Below, piece by piece: positions 1 to 10,336 of a DNA stretch of 16,974 bases. The position numbers were made by a program, and so were the translations under genes. Under the pieces are notes generated by a model. That model searched no databases. It was not told the DNA's origin and saw only the letters and a program-made list of their open reading frames with translations. The stretch covers positions 3,764,766-3,781,739 of the forward strand of contig CM119266.1 of NCBI GenBank assembly GCA_051294375.1, read 5' to 3'. The stretch's first letter is position 1; the number at the start of each line of letters is the position of its first letter. This DNA comes from Paraspadella gotoi. Lineage: Eukaryota > Animalia > Chaetognatha.

Positions 1-157
1 AAAAGGGAGAGGTTCATAGTAGTAAAAATAAGTATGAATATATTTCTCTGTGAACGCGCCCGAATCCCTGGGAGGAGGATGAAGAGGAGGTGATATGAGA
101 AGGAGGTGGCGTAATAGACCCGCGTCTGTCTATCACCTTATTATACGTATGCATTTT

Positions 158-412
158 AAGCCAAGGAGCACCAGTGTGGATAAGGCGCTAAGATATCAGC
201 ATATACCATATATAAGATAGCAAGTCGTAGCCATGGAACGAGTCCTTGGCTTAGCTTCAGGCTTCAGGATTTTTCAGGCCCCAAAGAGGTTTATGGCCAT
301 GCTCACGCCTCCCGAAGGGGAGGTACCATTAGTGATCTTAATTGTCATGAGCTGATGGCATTACTCAATGAGCCACGGGGTCACGACTGAAGGTATCAAG
401 CTCATATATATA
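158..412 (+). mobile_element. Possible tRNA-derived SINE or tRNA pseudogene (tRNA-like head 158-257, body, short TA tail)
   Basis: Partial cloverleaf: acceptor-like AAGCCAAG(158-165)/CTTAGCTT(250-257) and D-arm-like AGCACC..TGGATAA..GGCGCT. T-arm is CCATGG-AACGAGT-CCTTGG (231-249), whose GGAACGAGTCC resembles the B box GGTTCGAGTCC. Downstream are a hairpin CCTCCC-GAAG-GGGAGG (308-323) and a CATATATATAC end. The anticodon arm is not recognisable. Confidence 0.35.
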
Positions 413-417
413 CGGTG

Positions 418-832
418 TCATTTTTTAAAATTTCATCAGTTTTCACATTAATTAAATAATTAATTAAAACATTTATGAGTAATCATAAATAATATAGATT
501 CAAGTAAATGTGACTTATGTTTTTTCCATTTAACTCATTTCCACTCGCACGTTTCCACCGAAACTTTATATCCAGCTTCATCACACACTTTCCCACCCAC
601 ACACAAAATTTCATTTCAATCCAACCACCCAATCACGAGTTATTGGAGCTTTTTGCTAAGGTGGAACGGACGGACTACGCACGGACGGACAACATTTTTT
701 TGCATAATTTATCATAATTCGATGTTCTGACATGATGTAAATGAATGCCCGACAAGATTGGGGTGGCGGACCAACGGACCGACAAAGTGAATTATAGAGT
801 CGGGATCTGCTGAAAGCAGTTCTGACTAAAAA
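418..832 (-). mobile_element. Non-autonomous Helentron (HINE/DINE-1-like), family 1, copy A: 5' end, microsatellite and one core; 3' end not seen
   Basis: On the + strand: core 496-664 (AGATTCAAGTAAATG...TTCCATTTAACTCATTTCCACTC...GCTAAGGTGG), (ACGG)n 666-691, conserved block 692-797, terminal hairpin AGTCGGGATCTGC-TGAAA-GCAGTTCTGACT (798-827), then an A-run. The same modules recur at 2097, 3171, 9561, 12370 and 14027. Confidence 0.8.
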
Positions 833-978
833 GAAAAAGTAAAAGGATCCACATTTTGATTTAAAAAAAAAATCTGAAAAAAAAATTCAGTTGAAAAGAC
901 GCAGTCACGTGACTGAGAATGAAAAAAATAAAAAAATAAAAATTTGGAATTTTGATTTTTGGTCGCTATGCGGAGTGA

Positions 979-1021
979 CTCTCTCTCTCTCTCTCCCACC
1001 TCTCTATTTCTCTCTCTCTGT
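979..1021. repeat. Imperfect (CT)n microsatellite
   Basis: ctctctctctctctctcccacctctctatttctctctctctg, read directly from the sequence. Confidence 0.85.
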
Positions 1022-1146
1022 CAGAGCTAAACTTTTTTGTGTGAGGTAATAGAAGCAAAAGTATCAATCGACGATATGCGTTTTCATCCTTCGACTTTAT
1101 CGCATTGAACCCATCTTTAAGTGGCCCAAAAAAAAGTTGCTCTCTA

Positions 1147-1441
1147 CTCCAAAAGCACCACATTTTTGCTCATTTCTCCACAAGCACCACATTACTGGCT
1201 CTCTTCTTCAAAAGAACCACATTTCTGGCTCATTTCTCTAAAACCACTACATTTCTGGCTCTCTTCTCCAAAAGCACACATTTCTAGCTCATTTCTCCAA
1301 ACCACCACATTTCTGGCTCATTCTCTAAAAGCAACACATTTTTGACTCATTTCTCCAAAACCAACACATTTCTGGCTCTCTTCTCCAAAAGCACCACATT
1401 TCTAGCTCATTTCTCCAAAACCACCACATTTCTGGCCCATT
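1147..1441. repeat. 30-bp minisatellite, about 10 copies (CTCCAAAAGCACCACATTTCTGGCTCATTT)
   Basis: Directly visible tandem units; unit ends tend to alternate CTCATTT / CTCTCTT. Confidence 0.95.
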
Positions 1442-1539
1442 GTTTTCAGGTATCACAAGGCCAAAGAACTTAGGGTTTCAGGATCACAGGTTAAAGAAAT
1501 TAGGGGTTTCAGGATGTATCACAGGCCAAGGGATCTTAG
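1442..1539. repeat. ~32-bp tandem repeat, 3 copies (GTTTCAGG(T)ATCACAGGCCAAAGAACTTAGG)
   Basis: Units at about 1442-1474, 1475-1505 and 1506-1539. Confidence 0.8.
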
Positions 1540-1673
1540 ATAAGAAGAATCTGGTGGAAATTCAAATGTCAAAGTCTGACAGAGAAAATAATAAGGCTCA
1601 AAATAATTACAGTGAAAAAAATGAGAGGAAAAGAAAAAATCTTTGTACTAAGTGATCAGGAAAAAATAAGAAA

Positions 1674-2256
1674 AACACGTTTGAGCAAACAATGTCGGAT
1701 CTGCCCACGATCATTAGCGGTAATTAATTAATTAATTATTAATTATATTAATACAAACTAAAATAATAATTTTAATTAATAAATTAATTAATTTGATCCG
1801 AAATGTTTGTTTTTAGGTCTTTTAGTCACTGACCACAACAAAAAGCAACGACGACGATGATGGCAACGACGACAATAATGCCATAAAAATTGACTTGATG
1901 ATTTGATTAATAATTAATTAAATTGATTGATTGAATAATTAATTAATAGATAACTAAATAAATTGATTGATTGATAATTGAATGATTAATTGATGGAATT
2001 AATTAATAGTAATTAATTAATTGATTAATTAACTGATTAATTATTTGATTAATTAATACATCTTGCATTATATATTTATAAAAAAAAACATAAATTAGTG
2101 AAACAGATTTTTCTTTTTTCCATTTAAACTCATTTCCCTCAGACGATTCCATCGAAACTGATTTCCAGCTTAATCACACACTTTCCTACCCACACCAAAA
2201 TTTAATTTCAATCCATCCATCGAATCACGAGTAATTGGAGTTTTTTGCTAAGGTGG
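1674..2256 (-). mobile_element. HINE family 1, copy B: 3' end, AT-rich spacer and one core; 5' part missing
   Basis: AACACGTTTGAGCAAACAATGTCGGATCTGCCCACGATCATTAGCGG at 1674-1720 is the reverse complement of the element end at about 14419-14463. (AATT)n/(GATT)n spacer follows, and the core at 2097-2256 closely matches 515-664. Confidence 0.8.
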
Positions 2257-3143
2257 AGGAGAAAGAGGAGGAGAGAAAGAGGTGGAGGAGGGGAGGGAAA
2301 GGAGGGGAGGAAGAGGAGGGGGAGGAAGGAGGTGAGGAAAAGAGGAGGAGAGGAAGAGAGGGAGGAAGAGGAGGGGAGAAGAGGTGGAGGAGAAAGATGG
2401 AGGAAAGGAGGAGGGAAGAAGGTGGAGGAGGAAGAGAAAGGGAGAAGGGAGGGGAGAAGAGGTGGGAGAGAAAGAGGAAGAGAGTGGGAGGAGGAAGGAG
2501 GGAGAAGAGGAGGGGGAGGAAGAGGGAGGGGAGGAAAGGAAGGGGAGGCTTCGACTTACAGAGCTTCTCTTCTCTTCTTTTCTTTTCATCTTTTTTTCTC
2601 TTTTCTTCTTTTCTTTTCTTTTTTCTTCTCTCTTCTCTCTTCTTTTCTTTTCCTTTTTCTTCTCTTTTCTCCTTTTCTTTTTTTTCTTTCTTCTCTTTTC
2701 ATCTTTTTTTTTCTCTTTTCATCTTTTTTTTTCTTTCTTCTCTTTTCTTCTTTTCTTTTCTTTATTTCTTCTTTTTTCTTTTTTTCTTTCTTTTCTTTTC
2801 TTTTCTTTTCTTTGCTTTTTTTTCATTTTTTTCTTTTCTTTTCTTTTCTTTTCTTATCTTTTCTTTTCTTTTTTTTTCTTTTTTTTTCTTTTCTTTCTTT
2901 TCCTTTCTTTTCTTTTCTTTTCTTTTTTATCTCGTTTCTTTTGTTTTCTTTTCTTTTGTTATCTTTTCTTTTGTTTTCTTTTCTTTTGTTTTTTTTCTTT
3001 CCTTTTCTTTTCTTTCTCTTTTTTTCTTCTCTTTCTTTTTTTCTTTTCTTTTTTTCTTTTTTTCTTTCTTCTCTTTTCTCCCTTTCTTTTCTTTCTTTCT
3101 TCTCTTTTCCTCATCCCCTCTTTTCCTTTTATTTTCTTCCCCA
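2257..3143. repeat. Low-complexity block: polypurine (GGA/GA-rich) 2257-2548 abutting polypyrimidine (TTTTC-rich) 2564-3143
   Basis: Base composition seen directly; it explains the spurious R/G/E- and F/S/L-rich ORFs. Confidence 0.95.
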
Positions 3144-3200
3144 TTTTTAGAATTGCTTCTTAGCTTATCAGCAGATCCCGACTCTATAATTCACTTTGTC
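3144..3200 (+). mobile_element. HINE family 1, isolated 5'-end fragment
   Basis: TCAGCAGATCCCGACTCTATAATTCACTTTGTC (3168-3200) is the exact reverse complement of 781-813. Confidence 0.8.
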
Positions 3201-3574
3201 TTCTTATTTCTATAAGATTAATCAATTCTGTAGGGAATATATATTAATTCATAGTTAAAGATATGTTGCTGTATCGTTTTTAATTATGTCCAAATAAACC
3301 TACTACGAATAACACTTAAGAACATATTGTTATTAAAAGTTTAAAAACAAGTTCCTGAGCTTAAGATAAAGACAAGTGAAGGGCACATACTAACTCCCAC
3401 ATATACACGTCGCGATCAGCGGCTCCGACTCATTAAATCATAAGTTATTCGGTTTTGAGATAAATCACAGATAAGTTTGGTTTTCCTTATAAAGAAATTC
3501 AGACGATCAAAGATTAGTCTCTTTGGCATAATACCTAGTTTGATAAACCCACAGTGGGATTCTAGCCTCAATAA

Positions 3575-4026
3575 TCGCATCATTTTTCCAACCCAATACA
3601 TTTATTTTCAATTGCATCATTTTTACAATTCGCATCATTTATTTGAACTCGCATCATTTTTTCTAACTCAGCATCATTATTTTCTAACACACATAATGTT
3701 TTTCACATGTGCATCATTTGTTTACCAATTTCGCCATCATTTTATGAGTCATATTCGCATCGATTCTTCCTTAAACCAAAACTGTCATCATTTATTTCAC
3801 CTGCATCATGATTATAAACTGCATAATTTATTCTACAACTTGCATAATTCATGTTCAAACTTGCAAATTTTTTTCAACGTTGCATAATTTTTTCAAACTT
3901 GCATAAATTTTTCAACTTGCATAATTTTTTCAACTTGACATATTTTTTTTTCAAACTTTTCATAATTTTCGCAAGACTTGCATAATTTTCCACTTGTTCA
4001 TTTTTTTAAGTTGTACATCATTTTTA
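3575..4026. repeat. Degenerate ~18-20-bp tandem array (AACTTGCATCATTTTTTC / AACTTGCATAATTTTTTC)
   Basis: About 20 visible units; the same unit occurs at 7856-8400, 11807-11932 and 13781-13826, mostly upstream (on +) of family-1 cores. Confidence 0.85.
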
Positions 4027-4788
4027 AATTAAGTTAATGATAATTAATTATAACATTTCATTGTTTGTGGTGACTGTAATAGCCCATAAATAAAAAGATC
4101 AAGTAAAGTACTTTAATGTTTCCATTTAAACTCATCCAAACAGTCTGAGCCACACACACAATAGTTTTCCGTCTAACCTTATATCTAGCTTTTTCACAAC
4201 ACTTTCCGTTTTCAAGTCATATAAACAGTAAATTTTTATGATTAATCGAGTTATATTATGGGTTAAATAAGTACTAATTGCTAGACAACAAGACGAAGAG
4301 CAAAAGAGATTCAGTAAAAAGTGTTATTTATTTTTTGTTTAATTTTAACACTCCTTTCATACATCCGTACGTGTTGAACTCATCAGTTCCTTTACCCTGC
4401 CGGCCGCTTCGGACTCACACAGAACTTACCCAATACTGTCTTTTAAATGTTGACTACCGCCAATGTCATTCGGAGCACAATCTCTTTGCTACTTCACAAC
4501 ACCGCAAGAATGTATACTTTCGGTAGCAGAGGGTTTCAGACTTTTCCTACCACACCACATCCAATTGCACTTATCTAATTCCTTCCATTAATATAGAATA
4601 AGAGTATTATTGTAAAATAAGTAAAAGAGTAGTGAAATGCATCTTATGTTCCATATTAGACTATTAGCTCGACCGGAACTTTATAACCAGCCTTCATCAC
4701 ACATCCTACCACCATATTCATCCATCAACAGCCGTCACCGATTATTGGACTGTTTTAGTTGCTAAGATGACGGATGACGTTAGTATGT

Positions 4789-6968
4789 CAACCTTCAGAC
4801 ATGTCCGCGGGCGGTGCTTTGGGGAGCGCCCGGACGGAGTGCCCGGGGGCGCCCCGGAGGGGCAGGGGCAAAATCTTACGCTAGGGGCGGCTCCTTCGTA
4901 GCCTCTTTTTGAACCCAAGGCAATCATAGGAGAGATCCCAGGGAGGCTTAGAAAAACTGGGCCCCTGGGGCTACCTCCCAGGGGATGGATTTTCCTTGCT
5001 CGCTTTTCTTGGACGGCCTCTCCTCTCCCTCCTACTCTCCCCTACTCTCCTCTGTTCTCTTCCTTCTCTCTCTCTCTTTCCTCTATCTATTTTTCCTATT
5101 TTCATCTTCATTACAATAATATAGTACTATAAATAGAAAAAAATTATCTTTCTCAGCGTCATTAATACCAGATGCAATGACCATACCCACGAACTGAACA
5201 AATCCACGAGTTGGACAAAATTGGTCACCAACGCGACCATCATGCAATATGATTAGTATTTGCTATTTTGGTCACGTCGACATAAATTGGTCAACATGAT
5301 ATAGTGATGAATGTATAATACAACTTTAATTTGGTAAAGCTTTTATAATGTTTGGTAACCTTTCTTTCATAATTGACCCTTCCTTTTATCATGTAGTTAA
5401 CTTGCTAATTAAGTTATACCCGTTACAGTTCGTGAATTGCGTAAACTCTTATAAGTTTGTAAACTTTAAATAGATTTGATAACTCATATGATACTTTCAA
5501 TTGGGGAACTTATAATTAATCATTTGCATAATTATCACTCGTCCATAATTTGGGTCTAAACTTTGTATTATTTGGTACAATATTTCCATTTCATTTAGAT
5601 ATTTTGTCAAATTGGCATAAATTAGTCCTACTCTGGTATAATAATGTTATATATGTGGCTTATTAATTATCAAGCAGTATACCTTTGGGGGCTTCACTTG
5701 CATATTGGTCAAATTAAGTTGATAATTTATGGTCAACAATCATCCTCCTATATAATTGGATCGGAGAAGAGTGCAATTTTTTAATAATGAAGTAAAAGTT
5801 TTTGTTTCATTAAAAACTCACTTTTATTTTTCTACCACACACAAATTTTATCTTAATAATTTAGAAAAAAGAAATGGTTTTAATTTTTAATTCACTTATA
5901 AAAAATAATTAATAAAATAATTAATGATTATTAAAATATCAGTCTTAAGTCCATTCCATTGCATTAACTCCATATTCGGATTAATAGATGATGGAAAAAA
6001 TTTGTGTGGTAGAAAGTATTGATATAGATATAAGTTTGCTCACTCTCTCTCAAATTCAGCCTCACTGTAACAGTGTTCATCTAAGCATCTACAACTACGA
6101 TATTACAAATCTTAAATAAATAAAATTTTATTTACGATGTAGACTGTTTAATTTGATGAATATTTATGTTTTTTTTGGGGACTCAATTCATATGGTCGTC
6201 AGTCCGCCATTATTTTGTTTGTTTTTTAATTTTTCTTTTAAACACAAATTAAATATTTTTTTTGACATTGTATTTTTTGACTTTCTTTTTTAAAATTAAA
6301 ATTAAACTCTTATCAGTATATCTAATGTCCTCCAACAAAAAGAAGAAAAAAATTAAAAAGAAAGATAAAAAAAGACAAAAAAAAAGACAGACTGATTGCT
6401 TTTCACTAATTTGTGTCTACGTCTATTGTTTGCTAAAATTTATCTTTAACTGAAATAAATATTTTTAAAAAATACAATATTATAATTTTAGATAAAATAG
6501 AATAAATGAGAACAATAATTTAAAAAATGTATATTTATTCTACATTAAAAACAGTTAAAGAGAGGAAAAAAAAATTATAGAGAAGAAAAAAGAGAGAAGA
6601 AAAAAAAAGAAAAGAGTGAATGAAAAAGAGAGGAGAGAAAAGAGAGAGAGAAAAGCAAGGGAAGAGAAAAGAAGAGTAACAGAACAGGAGAATATTCTCA
6701 GATATAATACAAGTCAAAGTATTTTCTCTCTAAACTTTGCTCTCTCTTAACTCGCCTGGGGGAATTTTTGCTCCCCAAGGGGTTACCCCAGGCAGACTTT
6801 TTTGGCCCAGTAGCATTAGGGCGCCCTATAACCAAAAAGTGGCCAGGGGAACCCCTGGCCCCCTGGCAATCAGGGCGCCCCTATGACCATTTTGCTGCTC
6901 CCTGGATAGTCTGCCCCTGGGGCCTCCCTAGCGCCCCGGGGGAGATTTGGATGAATATCCGACGGTTG
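4789..6968. mobile_element. Putative non-autonomous TIR element (~2.2 kb) with GC-rich inverted subterminal blocks, nested in copy C
   Basis: Left end CAACCTTCAGACATG versus reverse-complemented right end CAACCGTCGGATATT. GC blocks 4800-4990 and 6751-6945 are partly inverted (CCCGGGGGCGC..GGAGG..CAGGGGCA vs TGCCCCTG..CCTCC..GCGCCCCGGG). A CT tract at 5020-5100 is mirrored by an AG tract at 6560-6680. No transposase ORF and no clear TSD. Confidence 0.45.
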
Positions 6969-7855
6969 ATTGACTATTTAAATATGATATAAGACTAATT
7001 ATTAATTACTGATATTGATTATTAATACATCACATTTAATATAAAGGAAAAGACATAACAATGGAACATTTAATTTTTTTTCCATTAAAAACTATTTCAC
7101 TCAACGATCCATCAAACTTGATCCCAGCTCAATCAACACTTTCCGAATCAATTCAGTCAATCGGCCCCATCCCTTGAGTAATTGGTTTCAATAGTAATTT
7201 TTTCATTTCATTCCATCGATTCCATGAACTTCATATACGCCCTCATCACACTTCTACCCACACCAAATTCATTCCAATCCATCATTACACGGTATGTGTT
7301 TTTCTAAGGTGCGGATGCGGAAAACGACGGAATGACAACAGACCAGAGATGCAGACGCATCGGAGGCGGATGGAACGCGCAGAGGCGCATTTTTTGAGGT
7401 GGCGAACTGGACAGGCAAAATTGGGAGAAGGAGGCGAATGCGGAGGCGCAAAAAACGTTGCCTCGCTCTTGTGCTTTTGTTTAGGCGAAATCCAAAAGTT
7501 TTGCCATTAACTTTATTGGTTCAAAAATTTTCTGTTTTTTCCAAATTTAATTTGTAATTCTGAAGGTTTCACTCGGTTTTTTATAAATTTTTATTCAAAA
7601 AAAAAATTTGTTCTTTAATCATTTTAATAATATAAGATATTTTTATTCTTTTTTTATGATTCATTACAATTTATTTTTTATTTAAAAAGATAATTAATTG
7701 TAATATCTATGAATATTTAATTATTGTTAATTTATTCCTATGAATATTTAATTAAAATTTTGATTTATTCCTATGAATATTTAATAAATCGTTTATTCAT
7801 AATCTATCTATTTATTTATTTACTTTATTGATTTAATAATAAAATATTTTTTATC

Positions 7856-8400
7856 TAGCATCATTTTTTTAACTTGGATCTTTTTTGATTTGCATATTAT
7901 TTACTGGCATCATTTTTAACTGGCATAATTTTTAACATGGATTATTTTTTATTTATATTATTTTAAACTTGAATCAATTTTTAATTTGCATTATTTTTTA
8001 ACCCTATATAATTTTTGAATTGCATTATTTTTTTAATTTGCATCTTTTTTTTAACTAGCTCATTTTAAACTTGTATATTTTTTGATTTGCATTAATTTTA
8101 ATTGCATCATTTTTTTAATCTTTTATTGTATTTGTTTTTTTTTGATTCAGATTTCATTCTTATTTTTTTATTTATAGTTTTATTTTATATTTTTTGATTA
8201 AATTATTTTTTGATTTGCTTTATTTTTACCTTACATCCATTTTTTGCACCTTATAATTTTTTATTTTAATTCATTTTAATCCATAATGAATCATAATTGA
8301 TGCATAATTTTTAACCTATATCATTTTTAACTTGGCATCATTTTTTTTCAAATTGTAGCATTTTTTAAACTTGCCTTATTTTCTTACTTATATTATTTTT
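7856..8400. repeat. Highly degenerate ~19-bp array (A/TTTGCAT(C/T)ATTTTTT)
   Basis: Repeated TTGCATTATTTTT / TGGCATCATTTTT / AACTTG units, same family as 3575-4026. Confidence 0.65.
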
Positions 8401-8554
8401 TTAATTGTATATTTTTTCTTTTTGTATTTTAACTTATATGGTTTTTAATTTTTATATTAAAATTTAATTATCAATTATTTATTAAAAAAATACATTCAAA
8501 TTGGTCAAATAATCATAACAATTATTCCATTTGTTGTTATTTGTGAATATTAAT

Positions 8555-8660
8555 TTAATTAATCAATTAATATAGTAAAACTAATTAATTATGTTTTTCA
8601 ACTAATTAATTTAATTAATATTGCTAATGATCGTCATCAGATCCAGCATTTTTTGCTTTT
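8555..8660 (+). mobile_element. HINE family 1, degenerate 3'-end fragment inside the hAT-like element
   Basis: AATTAATT runs followed by GCTAATGATCGTCATCAGATCCAGCATTTTTTGCT, resembling CTAATGATCGTGGGCAGATCCGGCATTGTTTGCT at 14419-14452. Confidence 0.55.
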
Positions 8661-9560
8661 TTTTATTCTATAGTAAAACTAAAAAATTCAGTTCAATTGA
8701 AAAACAAGAAGAAATGGTTTTCTAATGCCAATAGTAAAAATATATAATAATTATGGTAATATATAATTTTTTTTAATAAATTATCACAATTCGGATATTT
8801 TACTGATTTGGAATACAACTAACATTTTGGATTTTAAATTGATATTTTTTAAACAATTAGTAAAATAATATTTTTTTTTTAATTTAATTAATCATATTAA
8901 ATAATAAAATGTTGATGGAAAGTAAAAAAAAAAAAAGAAAAAAATAAAGTAAAATAAAAAAATAAGGAATAAGAGAAAGTAGAGAGAGAGAAAGAGGAAA
9001 AAAAGTGAGTGAAGGAGAATAAAGTAAATAAAAAAATGAAATAGTCATATAAAAAATTTTTGTCCTATTCTCAATAATATCCTTTTCCTAAGTATTTTTT
9101 AAAGAACTTTCTCTCTTTCTCTCCCCATTTCTTTTTTTTCTTTTTCTTCTATCTTTTTCTTTCTCTTTCTCCCCTCTCTCCCTCTCTCTTTTTTTAAAAT
9201 GTCTTGCAAAAAACTGTTTAAAATATATATTTTGTTAAAAAGATTTGAAAAAAAGTTAAAACATATACATTTAAAAATAAAAAAAAATTATTATTTATTT
9301 ATTTATTAATTTTAAAACATAACAAATTAAAAGTTTTTCATGATCCATTGATCTGAATTATAAAAAACATATTATCAAATACAAAACTATAAATAAATTT
9401 TTAAACAAAAAGCCGGAGGCGTTCAAGAGGCGAACGCGGAGGCGATCCGGGCTAAAAAAATGAGAGGGCGACGCAAAAACCGGAGGCGAGGGGGGTCTCG
9501 GGAGGCGGGGAGTGAGGCGGGCGAAATTCACCGCCTCCAGCATCCCTGAGAAGACAGCGG

Positions 9561-9561
9561 C

Positions 9562-9605
<44 letters not shown>

Positions 9606-9613
9606 GGACGGAC
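9561..9613. repeat. (CAGA)11(CGGA)2 microsatellite, internal to the HINE
   Basis: Seen directly; followed by the block TTTTTTGCATAATTTATCATAATTCGATGTTC that matches 696-727. Confidence 0.95.
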
Positions 9614-9703
9614 ATCGTTTTTTTTGCATAATTTATCATAATTCGATGTTCGACATGATATAAGTTATGCCCGACAATATTGAGGGGCCGGACCGACGGA
9701 CCG

Positions 9704-9728
9704 NNNNNNNNNNNNNNNNNNNNNNNNN
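9704..9728. other. Assembly gap of exactly 25 N (others at 13727-13751 and 16167-16191; longer gaps at 14522-14692, 14906-15084, 15559-15810)
   Basis: Counted N runs. Confidence 0.98.
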
Positions 9729-10336
9729 CTCTCGTAACAAAATTGACCGACGCGGAGTTGAGCCAAGATAGTCATGGATTAGTAGTAATAGTTTGATTTG
9801 GTCATTTCATGCAATAATATAAAAGGAAACAAATATATTTCTGGAAGTTAACATAATATTTATTTTAAATAAGCACTGATCTTCAGAGACTTCTGTCTCC
9901 CTCAAAGGTGCAAAGGTGCAAAGGTGCAATTTGTTACTAAATCTTCTGCCAAAATCATGACTCTGAAACAAATAATGGTCATGGATTCTACTGCTGAAGC
10001 AATCGGGAGGAGAATATTCGTTGCTAAGCAACCGATGAACGGAAACGAGAGAAAAAACCGAGAGGAACAAAAAAAAAGGAAAAAAAGAATAAAGAAAGTT
10101 AGATGGTCGTTGATGCGAGCGGCGGGAAAAAAAGGAAATTTGCATAATGATTTTCCTTTTTCTTTCCTCCTCCTCTTCGTCGTCATCGTCGTTGTTAAGT
10201 TCGTCCTCATTAGTCGTCGTCATCTTCTTTGCCATCCCCGTCGTCATTCGTCGTCGTCATTGCCGTCGTTCGCAGCGACTTTAGAAAGAATTTGTTTATA
10301 CAAAAATTAGTCGAAGAAACATCAAAATTTTTTTCA

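Larger units (their letters stand above)
7344..9548. mobile_element. Putative non-autonomous hAT-like element (2205 bp) inserted in the (GACA)n microsatellite of copy C
   Basis: Ends CAGAGATGC..GGAGGCGG (7344-7369) and CCGCCTCCAGCATCCCTG (9531-9548). GAGGCG motifs cluster only within ~150 bp of each end. Flanks AACAGAC | AGAAGAC are compatible with a degenerate AGACAGAC 8-bp TSD. The interior is AT-rich and non-coding. Confidence 0.6.
3575..9703 (-). mobile_element. HINE family 1, copy C: multi-core copy interrupted by two nested insertions and cut off by a gap
   Basis: Segments 3575-4788 (19-mer array, degenerate cores ending GCTAAGATGACGGATG), 6969-7343 (spacer and two cores ending CTAAGGTGCGG) and 9549-9703 ((CAGA)n, conserved block) are colinear with copy D at 11698-13420. 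Confidence 0.6.

Noticed and set aside
340-405. Possible hammerhead ribozyme near GAGCTGATGGC...ACTGAAGG
   Set aside because: It lacks the CTGANGA and GAAA core and consistent flanking stems
1147-1441. CRISPR-like appearance of ~30-bp repeats, and ORFs 1105-1287 and 1121-1345
   Set aside because: The units are contiguous with no unique spacers and there are no cas genes; the context is eukaryotic and the ORFs are just translated repeats
1469-1506. TTAGGG telomere-like hexamers
   Set aside because: Only isolated copies inside a 32-bp repeat, not a telomeric array
2235-3215. Long ORFs of 326, 301 and 259 aa
   Set aside because: They are open in all three frames only because purine-only and pyrimidine-only tracts lack stop codons; the products are low-complexity R/G/E and F/S/L strings
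3477-3887. His/Phe-rich 136-aa ORF
   Set aside because: It is a translation of the 19-bp TGCATCATTTTT array
9807-10310. Overlapping ORFs of 146, 102 and 128 aa
   Set aside because: They are driven by A-runs and (GTC)n repeats, with no recognisable domain or convincing splice signals
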